Shown here piece by piece: positions 44,740 through 53,684 of a stretch of DNA of 64,000 nucleotides. The stretch is from a virus. Its lineage: Duplodnaviria; Caudoviricetes. The notes beneath the pieces are model-generated. The model was given only the letters and a program-made list of their open reading frames with translations. It was not told the origin of the DNA and searched no databases. Both the position numbers and the translations under genes were made by a program. How positions within the stretch are numbered: position 1 is the first letter of the stretch; the number at the start of each line of letters is the position of its first letter. Location: IMG/VR virus record IMGVR_UViG_3300028909_000001; one strand, given 5' to 3'.

Positions 44740-45180
44740 TCATCTAGCTACATAGATCAACTCTGAAGGCATAGTTCCAAATGCATTAGCTACATTGATA
44801 GTGATCTTTATATTAACTACCTTATCTTTAAACTCTTCCCAGAATTGATTACCTATACTAGCAAAAATCTGTGCCTTATTCTTATCTTGAACAGTTACCC
44901 CATCCGCAGAATAGTCTAATTGATTGCTAGCTTCATTTATACTAGCACTTCTTAATAGATGCCCTGCCACACCTATAAGAAGTGTGTATCTATAAGGAAA
45001 GGTTTGAGGAGTAAATGATACTACAAAAGGTGCAGTTTCATTAAAAAAATCCGTACAGCGATTCAAGGCATTATCTATATCTTCAGTAGACCATCTAACC
45101 CCACGTAAGAGAGAGTTAAGTTCTTTACGGTCCATGCAGAAGGTTCTTATATCAGTTTCTGTAATTTGAGCTATTGCCAT
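44740..45180 (-). CDS. Head-tail connector/adaptor protein
   Basis: DIRTFCMD..WSTEDIDNAL..NQLDYSADGVTV pattern typical of gp15/gp6-like adaptors. Confidence 0.65.
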   Translation of the reverse strand: MAIAQITETDIRTFCMDRKELNSLLRGVRWSTEDIDNALNRCTDFFNETAPFVVSFTPQTFPYRYTLLIGVAGHLLRSASINEASNQLDYSADGVTVQDKNKAQIFASIGNQFWEEFKDKVVNIKITINVANAFGTMPSELIYVAR

Positions 45181-45265
45181 ATTATTATTGTAGTTAATTC
45201 AAGCACTCTTCTTTCATTTTATATAAATCTAGTAATTGTAACATTATTTATATTCTATTCTTATA

Positions 45266-46408
45266 TTACTGTATTTTATCAGCTTCAGCAATCTTCTTAT
45301 AAACCCAGCGTAATTTGCCCACATCCCAGATTCTATATAAACCATTCTGAATGCTCCATTGTTTCTCAGTCAATCCTGCAGGGCAATTTGTATTTCCCTT
45401 TTTCTGTGACTGCTTCGATAATCTAACTATCTTACTACTATTAATATTAACATAGCTGTAGTCTGCATCCAAACTATCTTCTAGTACAAACCCAAGCTTA
45501 GGATATACTCCACCCGAGAACCACCTACAATCAGACCAGCTAATCAACTCAGTAATTCCAGTATGATTCAACAAGAACTTAAATAATTTCGAAGCCCCAC
45601 CAGTAACATTAACATCATATTTAAAGCACAGTCTATCTAATACAAACTTACCTATGTCTCTATGATGCTTGCCAAAACTCATAACTCCTAGCAACTCATT
45701 GTTAAAATACAGACCCGCAAATACAAAGCTCAAAAAGCTCTTCCCTTGTATATGGTTTTCGTCATAAAATGCATTACCCATATCTTTGGAGATAATCCGT
45801 ACTTCACATTTCCTAGCATAGAATATCCGGGAGTTCTTACCTAGCATGGATAAGATAGCACCTTTTACCTGCTTATTTCTATTTATCCATTCATCTTCAA
45901 AAATAGTAATTAGATGTATATTGTTATTCTTACAGTTAGTATATTTAGTGTAGTTATACTTTTGCCCACATCCTTTAGATTCATTGCAATCCTTTAATAT
46001 GCAGTAGTTTATACCTACTTTAAGGTCATCATTATATAGATCTGCGTCTTTAGTAGAGGTAAAGGTCAAACTAGTTATCTCTTCCAGCCAAGTTTTAATA
46101 GGTAGTATAGGGTTCAAGGTTCTATTCCTTTTAGGTATATTGTTCTCTCTTAATAGCTTTAATAGTGTAGGATTAGTTATATTATGTTTACTCCATATAT
46201 CAGCTACCTTCATTCCAGTATTATAATCGTTAATTAGTTCAGTTATATTTACTTTAGCTTTTTGACGATTAAGATTACCTAGTTTCTTAGCTTTATCCTT
46301 TATCCTAGGCCAGGTCGTGTTAAATAAGGCTTCCAGATCTTCTTGAGGGGCAAATCTATATAGGTCTTTTAGTTGTAGTTCTTCTTCCAGAGTCCAGAGT
46401 TTATTCAT
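45266..46408 (-). CDS. Putative homing endonuclease (HTH + PD-(D/E)xK-like domain + GNAT-like C-terminal domain)
   Basis: DADLY..VGINY..HLITIFEDEW; YARKCEV..NHIQG..VMSFG..GGASKLF pattern of phage free-standing endonucleases. Confidence 0.65.
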   Translation of the reverse strand: MNKLWTLEEELQLKDLYRFAPQEDLEALFNTTWPRIKDKAKKLGNLNRQKAKVNITELINDYNTGMKVADIWSKHNITNPTLLKLLRENNIPKRNRTLNPILPIKTWLEEITSLTFTSTKDADLYNDDLKVGINYCILKDCNESKGCGQKYNYTKYTNCKNNNIHLITIFEDEWINRNKQVKGAILSMLGKNSRIFYARKCEVRIISKDMGNAFYDENHIQGKSFLSFVFAGLYFNNELLGVMSFGKHHRDIGKFVLDRLCFKYDVNVTGGASKLFKFLLNHTGITELISWSDCRWFSGGVYPKLGFVLEDSLDADYSYVNINSSKIVRLSKQSQKKGNTNCPAGLTEKQWSIQNGLYRIWDVGKLRWVYKKIAEADKIQ

Positions 46409-46838
46409 GTTTTTGGAGATAGGTTATAGCGTTATTTAGATTAGTTATACTGTCTTTGAATTGCCCAAGCCCAAAATTACAGTCAATATAGAGCAAACCT
46501 CTTACTTTATTAGTAGTGTGGTTATGATCAACACTTAGATTAACTTTAAAAGTAGAAGCATCTTTACCACATATAGCACACTTATTATTTTGCAATTGTA
46601 GTATGTCATTATATTTTTCTAATGTTATATTAAATTTTCTTTTTAAATCTCTTCTTCTATCATAATCAGGATTTTTCTCTTTCCATTTAGCTATAGTAGT
46701 ATATTTATGAGCTATTCTGTATTGTTTATCACATAGTATACAACTAGCTCTAGGTTTGCCTTTACGTATTCCTTTCTTTCTAATATAGAATGCTGATATA
46801 TCTTTAGTTAATTTACACTGAGTACACTGTTTATTCAT
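46401..46838 (-). CDS. Endonuclease VII-type HNH homing endonuclease, possibly degenerate
   Basis: CxxC...CAICG..LSVDHNH..VRGLLYIDCNFGLG; the expected Zn-ligand Cys is Tyr (TAT). Confidence 0.8.
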   Translation of the reverse strand: MNKQCTQCKLTKDISAFYIRKKGIRKGKPRASCILCDKQYRIAHKYTTIAKWKEKNPDYDRRRDLKRKFNITLEKYNDILQLQNNKCAICGKDASTFKVNLSVDHNHTTNKVRGLLYIDCNFGLGQFKDSITNLNNAITYLQKHE

Positions 46839-46874
46839 GTTTACTACCTTATCAGAAAGAAATAAATTGTCAAG

Positions 46875-46921
46875 TAAGAAATGAAAGAAGAAGGCCTCCT
46901 ACTAGTGAAAGTAGAAGGCCT
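46875..46921 (-). terminator. Intrinsic terminator after the major capsid gene
   Basis: Minus-strand stem AGGCCTTCTACT / AGTAGGAGGCCT (one U-G pair) followed by TCTTCTTTCATTTCTT. Confidence 0.7.
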
Positions 46922-46952
46922 ATGAAACCCTTAATTTTAAAGGGAATTATTA

Positions 46953-47912
46953 TTATACAAAATCAACACGGAAAGCACCTTTTGGTCCACCTATACTCAT
47001 GCCCACGTTCAAGTACTGGAAGAACTGTAGGAAAAACGCCTTAGTCTCCATAAATACTGTTAACGGTTGGAGACGGAAGTATTTGCCTAGAAATTCCTCA
47101 GAACTGAAGAAGTAGATAGTACCATCAGGAACCAATTCACGTTTAATAGTCATGATAGTCTTGATACCGAGAATAGAAGGAGGAGGAGTACCCTCTAAAT
47201 AAGCACGTTCAGCTTCATCACCACCAACTTCACTACGTTCAAACTTCAAGAAGTCAGCCATAGTTACGTTGTTAGCAAGCATAACACCCTTACTAGAAGC
47301 ACCATCAGGTTGGAGCGGTCCGAAGGGAACGCGCAATCTCTGGAACGCTTTAACTGCTTCAATAAAGTTTGTTCTAGTAATACCACCACTCAAGGTAATA
47401 TAGCTAGGCAGACCAGTAGCAGTAAAGGAGTTAGCAGTATTAGCTACACCAAGGATACTGTTAACCTTTTCCAAGAGCTTACTATCAAGTTCAGTAGCCA
47501 AGTCTTTAGTACTGTTTTCAAGCAAGATTTGGCGAATATCGTAATCATAACCACGAAGTTTATCAATATCTTTCTGGAACACAGGACTCATCAACCTAGA
47601 GAAGTAAACTGGATAACGAGTACCAGCGAATTGGTAACCATCTGGAACGTTACCTAGTGGGACTGTAACTGCCGGAGGTTGATCAGGTTCACGATCACAC
47701 CATTTCACATGCAATTCAGGATTCTCACTCTTATCAAGTTCATCATTAGCGATGTCAATAGGAGTAAGGATCTTCTCTGCAAATGAATTTTCACGGAGTT
47801 TATTACGAGTAAAGGTAAGAGCAGATTGAGCTGCTTTCTTTTCATTTCCACCCTCTAACATATCAACAAAAGTATTATTGAATACTTTAATATCAGCAAT
47901 TTTTTCTAACAT
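46953..47912 (-). CDS. Major capsid protein (HK97-fold expected)
   Basis: 319 aa; KLRENSFAEKIL, YDIRQILLENSTKDLATELD and IKRELVPDGTIYFF patterns; AAGGA RBS; followed by a terminator; downstream of scaffold and decoration genes. Confidence 0.75.
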   Translation of the reverse strand: MLEKIADIKVFNNTFVDMLEGGNEKKAAQSALTFTRNKLRENSFAEKILTPIDIANDELDKSENPELHVKWCDREPDQPPAVTVPLGNVPDGYQFAGTRYPVYFSRLMSPVFQKDIDKLRGYDYDIRQILLENSTKDLATELDSKLLEKVNSILGVANTANSFTATGLPSYITLSGGITRTNFIEAVKAFQRLRVPFGPLQPDGASSKGVMLANNVTMADFLKFERSEVGGDEAERAYLEGTPPPSILGIKTIMTIKRELVPDGTIYFFSSEEFLGKYFRLQPLTVFMETKAFFLQFFQYLNVGMSIGGPKGAFRVDFV

Positions 47913-47931
47913 ATAATTATTTCCTTTAAGG

Positions 47932-48552
47932 TTAGACGGTAGCAGCGAGCTTAATCGTCAGAACAGGGACATTAATTTGGGCCTTGTAAGTGTTTGATTT
48001 AGTAGTAGGTGTATAAGCTGGAAAAGCTGTATTACCTGATGCATTAGAAGCAGCATAGTCAGCAGCTTCAGTAGCAGATGTATAGTTCTGTGTAAGTGAA
48101 GAACCGGCACCAGCAATAGGAGGACCAAGTGAGCTGGGGGTTGACAATTGCAAGAACCGAACGTCTCTAACCCATCCAACCAAAGTACCAGTAGAGGTTT
48201 TCTGTACTAGACCAGGGTTATTAGTACTACCATAAATAGCAGTACCGACAGGGTAGTTAGTGAGTGAAATGACAGAAACGCTGTCAGTAGCAATATCTAC
48301 TTGGTCGGTTTCAAGAATAGTATTTCCATCCAAAGAATAGAGGGCGATTTTCTGACTCTCAATAACATCACCATCTGTAGAGTTATTGATAGCAAAACCA
48401 CGAATACCATTTGAACCTGAGCCACCAGCAGTAATACTACCAGTAGTTGAATCGATGCGGCATAACATTCCAGCATAAATGCCTGAAGTAGCTGGGCCAA
48501 TAAGATCGGCTTGTGCTAGCGAATGACTTGTACCTTTTCTTACGTTAATCAT
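47932..48552 (-). CDS. Capsid decoration/cement protein
   Basis: IYAGML..GIRGFAI..YPVGTAIYGS..GLV..VGWV beta-tulip-like pattern; directly upstream of the capsid gene. Confidence 0.6.
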   Translation of the reverse strand: MINVRKGTSHSLAQADLIGPATSGIYAGMLCRIDSTTGSITAGGSGSNGIRGFAINNSTDGDVIESQKIALYSLDGNTILETDQVDIATDSVSVISLTNYPVGTAIYGSTNNPGLVQKTSTGTLVGWVRDVRFLQLSTPSSLGPPIAGAGSSLTQNYTSATEAADYAASNASGNTAFPAYTPTTKSNTYKAQINVPVLTIKLAATV

Positions 48553-48643
48553 ATAAAAATCCTTTTATAAGGTTTAAAATTGTTCTCTTTTGATGAGTAG
48601 GTTATGCTGGTCAAGATAACCGACCACTTACTAGATTAATATT

Positions 48644-48672
48644 ATTTTAAGGTAATTATATAGTTATGTCAA
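48644..48672 (-). promoter_or_regulatory. Sigma70-like promoter for decoration and capsid genes
   Basis: TTGACA (48672-48667), 17 nt spacer, TAAAAT (48649-48644). Confidence 0.65.
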
Positions 48673-48693
48673 TTAATTATATAATAAGTACTA

Positions 48694-49110
48694 TTATGAA
48701 AGAAGAAGACTTGGAGAATGCTTTTGTAGATATTTTATAGCATTTGTGAGGGTGTTAATATTCTCATCAGCCCTACTTAGTATATAATTGCAGTTGTTAT
48801 GCACAATACCTCTAACCTTGCCTGTCTTGTGTGAATGATCTAAATGAATACTTTTTAATATTGTAAAGTCTAAAGGTTTATTACATATAGGACAAATATT
48901 TTTCTGTTTAATTAATATATTATTATATTCTTCTAGTGTGATATTATACAGTCTTTTTAACCTACTATTTCTATACTGTAGTTTAATTTCAGGCCGGTTT
49001 CTATATTCTTTACCTCTAGCTGCAATTCTTAGTTTAACTTCAGGCCTGCTTCTATATATTTTATTCCAAATAGGGTTATTACTCATTATCTTGTAAATAT
49101 TTAATAGCAT
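48694..49110 (-). CDS. Endonuclease VII-type HNH homing endonuclease
   Basis: YNITLEEY..QKNICPIC..HLDHSHKTGKVRGIVHNNCN. Confidence 0.85.
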   Translation of the reverse strand: MLLNIYKIMSNNPIWNKIYRSRPEVKLRIAARGKEYRNRPEIKLQYRNSRLKRLYNITLEEYNNILIKQKNICPICNKPLDFTILKSIHLDHSHKTGKVRGIVHNNCNYILSRADENINTLTNAIKYLQKHSPSLLLS

Positions 49111-49573
49111 TTAATAACGTTTGTGGATTTTCATAAGCAAATCCTAATAAGTGATTACATTTACTATGCAAAACACCACGTATTTTGCTGGTTATGTGGT
49201 CATGATCTAGATGGGTATGCCTAGTATTAACAAGATCTAATGGTTGTTCACAAATAGGACATTTATTATCTTGTGCTTTAAGTAGACTATTATATTCTTC
49301 TAGCGTAATACCAAATCTTCTTTTTAGATCATTATTCCTACGTCTTAATTTATTTTCAGGTTTAGCATCATAGTCTATATTATAATGTGTTATACAGAGA
49401 CCTAAATGTTTAACTGGGAAATTACAACCTGCTCTTATACATACTTTTGGTTTTTCTGGTTTTATAGGTAATTCTAGTGTTCCGTGTTTCTTAAGTCTAT
49501 AGTAATGTTTTTGGCAATATCCATTACTATTTACATTTTTATCACAGTCTTCAACCTTACATTTGCTTGGCAT
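49079..49573 (-). CDS. Endonuclease VII-type HNH homing endonuclease with N-terminal Cys/His zinc modules
   Basis: CKVEDC..GYCQKHY; CIRAGC..GLCITHY; FGITLEEY..CPIC..HLDHDH..RGVLHSKCN. Confidence 0.85.
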   Translation of the reverse strand: MPSKCKVEDCDKNVNSNGYCQKHYYRLKKHGTLELPIKPEKPKVCIRAGCNFPVKHLGLCITHYNIDYDAKPENKLRRRNNDLKRRFGITLEEYNSLLKAQDNKCPICEQPLDLVNTRHTHLDHDHITSKIRGVLHSKCNHLLGFAYENPQTLLNAIKYLQDNE

Positions 49574-49654
49574 AATTCTCTAATATATCTAATTATATAA
49601 TTAAGTCAAATAATATAATGAAAGAAGAAGGCTTTGAAATTAATACTAATACCT

Positions 49655-49692
49655 AAAAATAAGAAGGGTGGTTAAACTTAATTAACCACCCT
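49655..49692 (-). terminator. Intrinsic terminator after the scaffold block
   Basis: Perfect 11-bp stem AGGGTGGTTAA / TTAACCACCCT (49665-49692) followed on the - strand by TCTTATTTTT. Confidence 0.7.
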
Positions 49693-49719
49693 CAATATAT
49701 GAATAATCAATCAACCAAC

Positions 49720-50115
49720 CTATTCGTCAACCAAAGTTCTAGCACTATAACCGAAAGCAGCTTCCATTACGGGGTCGTAGGATTCAGCAGTTTTAGGTCT
49801 AGCCGCAATTCTAGCAGGTTTACCTATTTGCGCCACATCACTAGCAGCACAAACCTTTTCGAGTGTCCTTATTATATAGATAGGATCTTCCATAGCTTTT
49901 TTAACAAAGCTTCTCTTCTCATGTTCCCCACTCAAAAAATCACTATCATATAAAACATCAGCAACCTTATTCAAAGCCATCTTATATTTTTCTTTATTTA
50001 ATTCTTGAACGGTAGCAGCTTTTATTTGATTCAACAATCTATCTTGCAAATCTTCATTTACTTCTATAGCTAACTTAATAAAGGATGCCGCTTGATGTAA
50101 AAAATTATTATCCAT
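49720..50115 (-). CDS. Head-module helical protein
   Basis: 131 aa; FIKLA and PKTAE K-x-A motifs. Confidence 0.7.
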   Translation of the reverse strand: MDNNFLHQAASFIKLAIEVNEDLQDRLLNQIKAATVQELNKEKYKMALNKVADVLYDSDFLSGEHEKRSFVKKAMEDPIYIIRTLEKVCAASDVAQIGKPARIAARPKTAESYDPVMEAAFGYSARTLVDE

Positions 50116-50272
50116 TAGCTTGTTTAGATAGATGTTTTACTGCACTTATATAATCGATTACCTTTAACTTTTCTTTATCTGGGAGTTTATCCAGACTATT
50201 GCTATTAACTTTGCTAGAAGTAGGTTTATTTACTTCTAGCTTAGTCTGAAGTTTATTTAACAGAGAAGGCAT
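50108..50272 (-). CDS. Small head-module protein (54 aa; below the ORF-track cutoff)
   Basis: Manually translated MPSLLNKLQTK..LSKQANG; TAATG overlap with the scaffold stop; fills the gap exactly. Confidence 0.6.
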   Translation of the reverse strand: MPSLLNKLQTKLEVNKPTSSKVNSNSLDKLPDKEKLKVIDYISAVKHLSKQANG

Positions 50273-51438
50273 TATTTAGCAGACTCAGTCTTAAGTCTAG
50301 CAATAACTTCTTCCACTACTCTACCACCCCAGGAAGCAAATTTAGCATCAAGTTTAGCTTCTTCTGCCTGCTTCTCAATAGTAGTTTCATAATGAGCTAC
50401 CTTGTCAGCCAGTTCTTTAGCTTTCTTTTCAGCTGCATACTTCTCATTAGTCAAAGCATTAACCTTCTGTTCAAATGCAGCCTTGATTTGATTAGCTTGT
50501 TCTTCTTCCTGTGCCTGCTTCAAAAGAGCATAGAACGCTTGGGCACCGGCTTCTTCTGCCTGCTTAACTTGCTGTTCTTCTGCCTGTTTCTGGAGTTGAG
50601 CATCATTAACATTAGCTTGCTTAGTAACAGGTTTAGGAGCAACTACTTTATTCTCATTTTCTAGTTCAGCCGCAGCAGTAGCAATAAGAGCTTCGAAGTC
50701 TCTCCTACCCGCTTCCTTATAGATATTAGCATCTACACTAGCAGTCTTACTCTTCAAGAATTCACGAGCAAACTGTCTACCCAACTCAAAGCTAGCTTCC
50801 TTATCCAATTCAAGTTCTTCAGCATTCTTAATAGCCTTGTCATTACCTTTTTCCTGCTTAAATTCTTGAGGATTGTGTTCGGGATGACCTTCCTTATTCT
50901 TATTAACCTTCTCAGTCTCTTTACTAACAGAGACGTAATGTGTATCAGCAGAGGGTTTACCGGTAGCCTTACCAGCTTCACCTGACTTCTGCATCTCATT
51001 AATAGTATCTAACAATTGCTGACCTAACTGAGCCAACTTTTCATTAGCGCCAGATTCAGCAGCCATTTTCTTACCTTCATGTTGCATAATTGTAGTAGGA
51101 GCTTCTTCTTTAGCTACTTCAGCAGGCTTAGTATTAGGAACCGCACATTCTTCTTTCTTGGCTTCCTTGGCAATTTCCGCTACTTTTTCAGGTTCAGGAG
51201 TAGGAGTGGCTTCAGCATTCTTAATAGCCTTGTCATTACCCATCTCTTGTTTAAACTCTTGAGGATTATGTTCGGGGTGACCTTCTTTATTCTTGTCTAC
51301 CTTTTCATGTTCCTTGCTTACTTCTGTATAATGTGTATCAGCTCCAGGCTTACCTGTAGCTACTCCTGCAGTGGCTTCTTTCTTGATCATAGTATTAAGT
51401 TGTTCTAGAAAGGCTGCATTCTTAGTAATTTTACCCAT
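50272..51438 (-). CDS. Probable prohead scaffold/core protein
   Basis: 388 aa, E/K/A/Q-rich coiled coil, duplicated ~50-aa His-rich unit, about 14 K-x-A motifs; upstream of the capsid genes. Confidence 0.65.
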   Translation of the reverse strand: MGKITKNAAFLEQLNTMIKKEATAGVATGKPGADTHYTEVSKEHEKVDKNKEGHPEHNPQEFKQEMGNDKAIKNAEATPTPEPEKVAEIAKEAKKEECAVPNTKPAEVAKEEAPTTIMQHEGKKMAAESGANEKLAQLGQQLLDTINEMQKSGEAGKATGKPSADTHYVSVSKETEKVNKNKEGHPEHNPQEFKQEKGNDKAIKNAEELELDKEASFELGRQFAREFLKSKTASVDANIYKEAGRRDFEALIATAAAELENENKVVAPKPVTKQANVNDAQLQKQAEEQQVKQAEEAGAQAFYALLKQAQEEEQANQIKAAFEQKVNALTNEKYAAEKKAKELADKVAHYETTIEKQAEEAKLDAKFASWGGRVVEEVIARLKTESAK

Positions 51439-51480
51439 AATTATTATTGGTTAGTGGTTATTAGTTATTATCTAGCTTTA

Positions 51481-52281
51481 TTAGGAGGGACCTTGGGGAC
51501 CAGCTGGCATTGGAGGCATTGCACCAGGACCTCCTGGGGGTGCTCCGGCAGGACCTGCTCCGGCTGGACTTGGTCCACCACCTTGGCCACTAATTGCAGC
51601 TAAAAGACTTTGAATTATTTGTTGCTGTTCTTCAGGAGGCAAGCTTTGAAGCATCTGCATAATTTGTGCAGTTTCAGCATCAGCACCTGGAGCACCTTGG
51701 CTAGGATCACTACCAGGACCACTAGGACCACCAGGACTTGGAGGTGCACCAGCAGAAGGATCACTAGGAGGAGCACCGGCACCAGCATCAGGAGGTTGCT
51801 TAAACATTCCGGTACTATCATCTGAACCATGTGCTTGCTTCTCTCTATCAACAACATCAACTAAAAGTGAAACAGCTTCATCTTGACTTAGACCAGCTTG
51901 TTTAGCCATACCAATAAACCCTTCAGCATATTGGCTGAGTCTTGGGTCATTAGCGATGGCATTAACCTTAGACATAAATGCCAACTTAGTATTGGTGGCA
52001 TCTAGAGCAGTCTTGGTGAATTGCAAAGCTTGGGCAACATTAGCACCATTCATAAATGCTTCATTAAGAATACCATTTACATAACTAATCGAAGAAGCAT
52101 TCTTTTCCATTCCAGCATTCTTAAGTAAACTATCTACAATATCTAGTTTAGGAGCAGCTGCAGTTTTTGTTTGTCTACTAGCAATTTGAGAGGCCTTGTT
52201 TAGAAGGGCGGCAATGTTTTGTTGAGGTACACCATTAGCCAAAGCTTGCTTAGTGAACTCTTGGACGTATAAATTATTCAT
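51481..52281 (-). CDS. Head-module protein with three helical repeats and a Pro/Gly-rich tail
   Basis: YVQEFTKQALANG / YVNGILNEAFMNG / YAEGFIGMAKQAG repeats. Confidence 0.7.
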   Translation of the reverse strand: MNNLYVQEFTKQALANGVPQQNIAALLNKASQIASRQTKTAAAPKLDIVDSLLKNAGMEKNASSISYVNGILNEAFMNGANVAQALQFTKTALDATNTKLAFMSKVNAIANDPRLSQYAEGFIGMAKQAGLSQDEAVSLLVDVVDREKQAHGSDDSTGMFKQPPDAGAGAPPSDPSAGAPPSPGGPSGPGSDPSQGAPGADAETAQIMQMLQSLPPEEQQQIIQSLLAAISGQGGGPSPAGAGPAGAPPGGPGAMPPMPAGPQGPS

Positions 52282-52344
52282 GATATCCTGTGTTGTTATA
52301 ATTATAATATGTTAAATTGATTAAATCGTCAACTATTTAGTATC

Positions 52345-53217
52345 TTAAGGACCGTGGTTTATAGCACCATTAATTACGTTAGTTTCATCTTGATTAGGCT
52401 TTGGTGCATTGAATGCTCCATCAGTTAAGGCAGACAAAGGACCATGACTACCACCAGGAGCACTAGAAGGTAATTCTTGTTGGCCTAATAGTTTAGCTAG
52501 TACATGTGGGTCAATTGAAGCACCACCTAATCCACCCAAACCAGCTCCAGTCAATCCACCTAGTAAAGCTCCACTACCTCTATGTTCTTTCCCACCAGCC
52601 ATAGCTCCTAAACTAGCTCCACCCAATCCACCACCTATAGCACCAGCAGCTTCAGGGTGTTGAGCTATTAATTGTTGTAATTGATGCATATCAAAGGCGT
52701 GCTTCAATAATTTAACAGCTAATAGAGGTTGTACTCCGTTAGTCAGTGCAGTCTTTATAAATCCTCTATCAAATGCTTCTTTGTTCATGTCTTTAAGTGC
52801 TTCAGGTTTAACTATCTCTTTAATTAGTTTCTTATCTTCTTGTTCATCTCCATGTCCGATACACTCAGGACATTTACCACATTCACAACTACCTCGCTTA
52901 ACATCAATACCGGTCATGTCTTTGAATTTTTCTGGAGAATAGTGCCCATTAATATTGTTGATGTTATTACGATATTCTTCATACCAGCCTGCTCGCTTTT
53001 CTTTATTCATCTGTTTCTTAATAGTTTTAAGTATTTCTGCTCTTTTAGGCAGTGATTTATCTATATGTCCTCTTCCCATAAAATGTTCTACAGAGCTTGG
53101 TTTCAGTTCGTGCGCAACTTCTTCTACTTTAGGATAGCCTTTACCACTAGCTTCACCCTTTTGAACTGCATGCACAAAATTAAAGAACTTTTCTTGTTTC
53201 TGACTAGTACTAGGCAT
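52345..53217 (-). CDS. Mosaic head-module protein: DUF3008-like N-terminus plus glycine zipper
   Basis: MPSTSQKQEKFF start; FDRGFIKTALTNG; GAIGGGLGGASLG and GALLGGLTGAGLGG. Confidence 0.6.
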   Translation of the reverse strand: MPSTSQKQEKFFNFVHAVQKGEASGKGYPKVEEVAHELKPSSVEHFMGRGHIDKSLPKRAEILKTIKKQMNKEKRAGWYEEYRNNINNINGHYSPEKFKDMTGIDVKRGSCECGKCPECIGHGDEQEDKKLIKEIVKPEALKDMNKEAFDRGFIKTALTNGVQPLLAVKLLKHAFDMHQLQQLIAQHPEAAGAIGGGLGGASLGAMAGGKEHRGSGALLGGLTGAGLGGLGGASIDPHVLAKLLGQQELPSSAPGGSHGPLSALTDGAFNAPKPNQDETNVINGAINHGP

Positions 53218-53258
53218 ATTGTTAATTGTAAGTGATATCTTTAATCATTTTAACTTAT

Positions 53259-53684
53259 TTATATATTATTACAAGCTGATAAATGTGTTAATATATCTTC
53301 TGCAACTTTATCAAACTCTTTTAGTATGGCAGAACCTTTATATCTTAGAACAATATAATTTAACTTTTGTAATCTACTATTTATCCTGGCATCACGAAAT
53401 CTTCTTTTAGCTCCTGAATGCCATCTATCTCCATCACAATAAATCAATACATTATTATCTAAAACAAAGTCAGGAACAGAAATATTCTTTATACTTACTT
53501 GAGATTTAAAGTTTATATTTTGTTTCTCCAACCATTCTCTCATCTTCTTCTCTATATCAGTTTCATGGTGATGGCTAGCTATGTAGAATAGAGAACCACA
53601 TTTTCTAGAACAGTAGTTTTTCCATCTACCTTTTAATACTTTACCACAATTTTTACATTTAAGTTCCATATTACTTCGATTCAT
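53259..53684 (-). CDS. DUF559/Vsr-like endonuclease with N-terminal zinc finger
   Basis: CKNCG..YCSRKC; TDIEKKM..FKSQ..VPDFVL..IYCDGDRWH..RDARIN..VLRY. Confidence 0.8.
   Translation of the reverse strand: MNRSNMELKCKNCGKVLKGRWKNYCSRKCGSLFYIASHHHETDIEKKMREWLEKQNINFKSQVSIKNISVPDFVLDNNVLIYCDGDRWHSGAKRRFRDARINSRLQKLNYIVLRYKGSAILKEFDKVAEDILTHLSACNNI

Noticed and set aside
17309-45180. Extracellular contractile injection system or tailocin rather than a phage
   Set aside because: Capsid, decoration, scaffold, neck and maturation-protease genes are contiguous with the tail genes.
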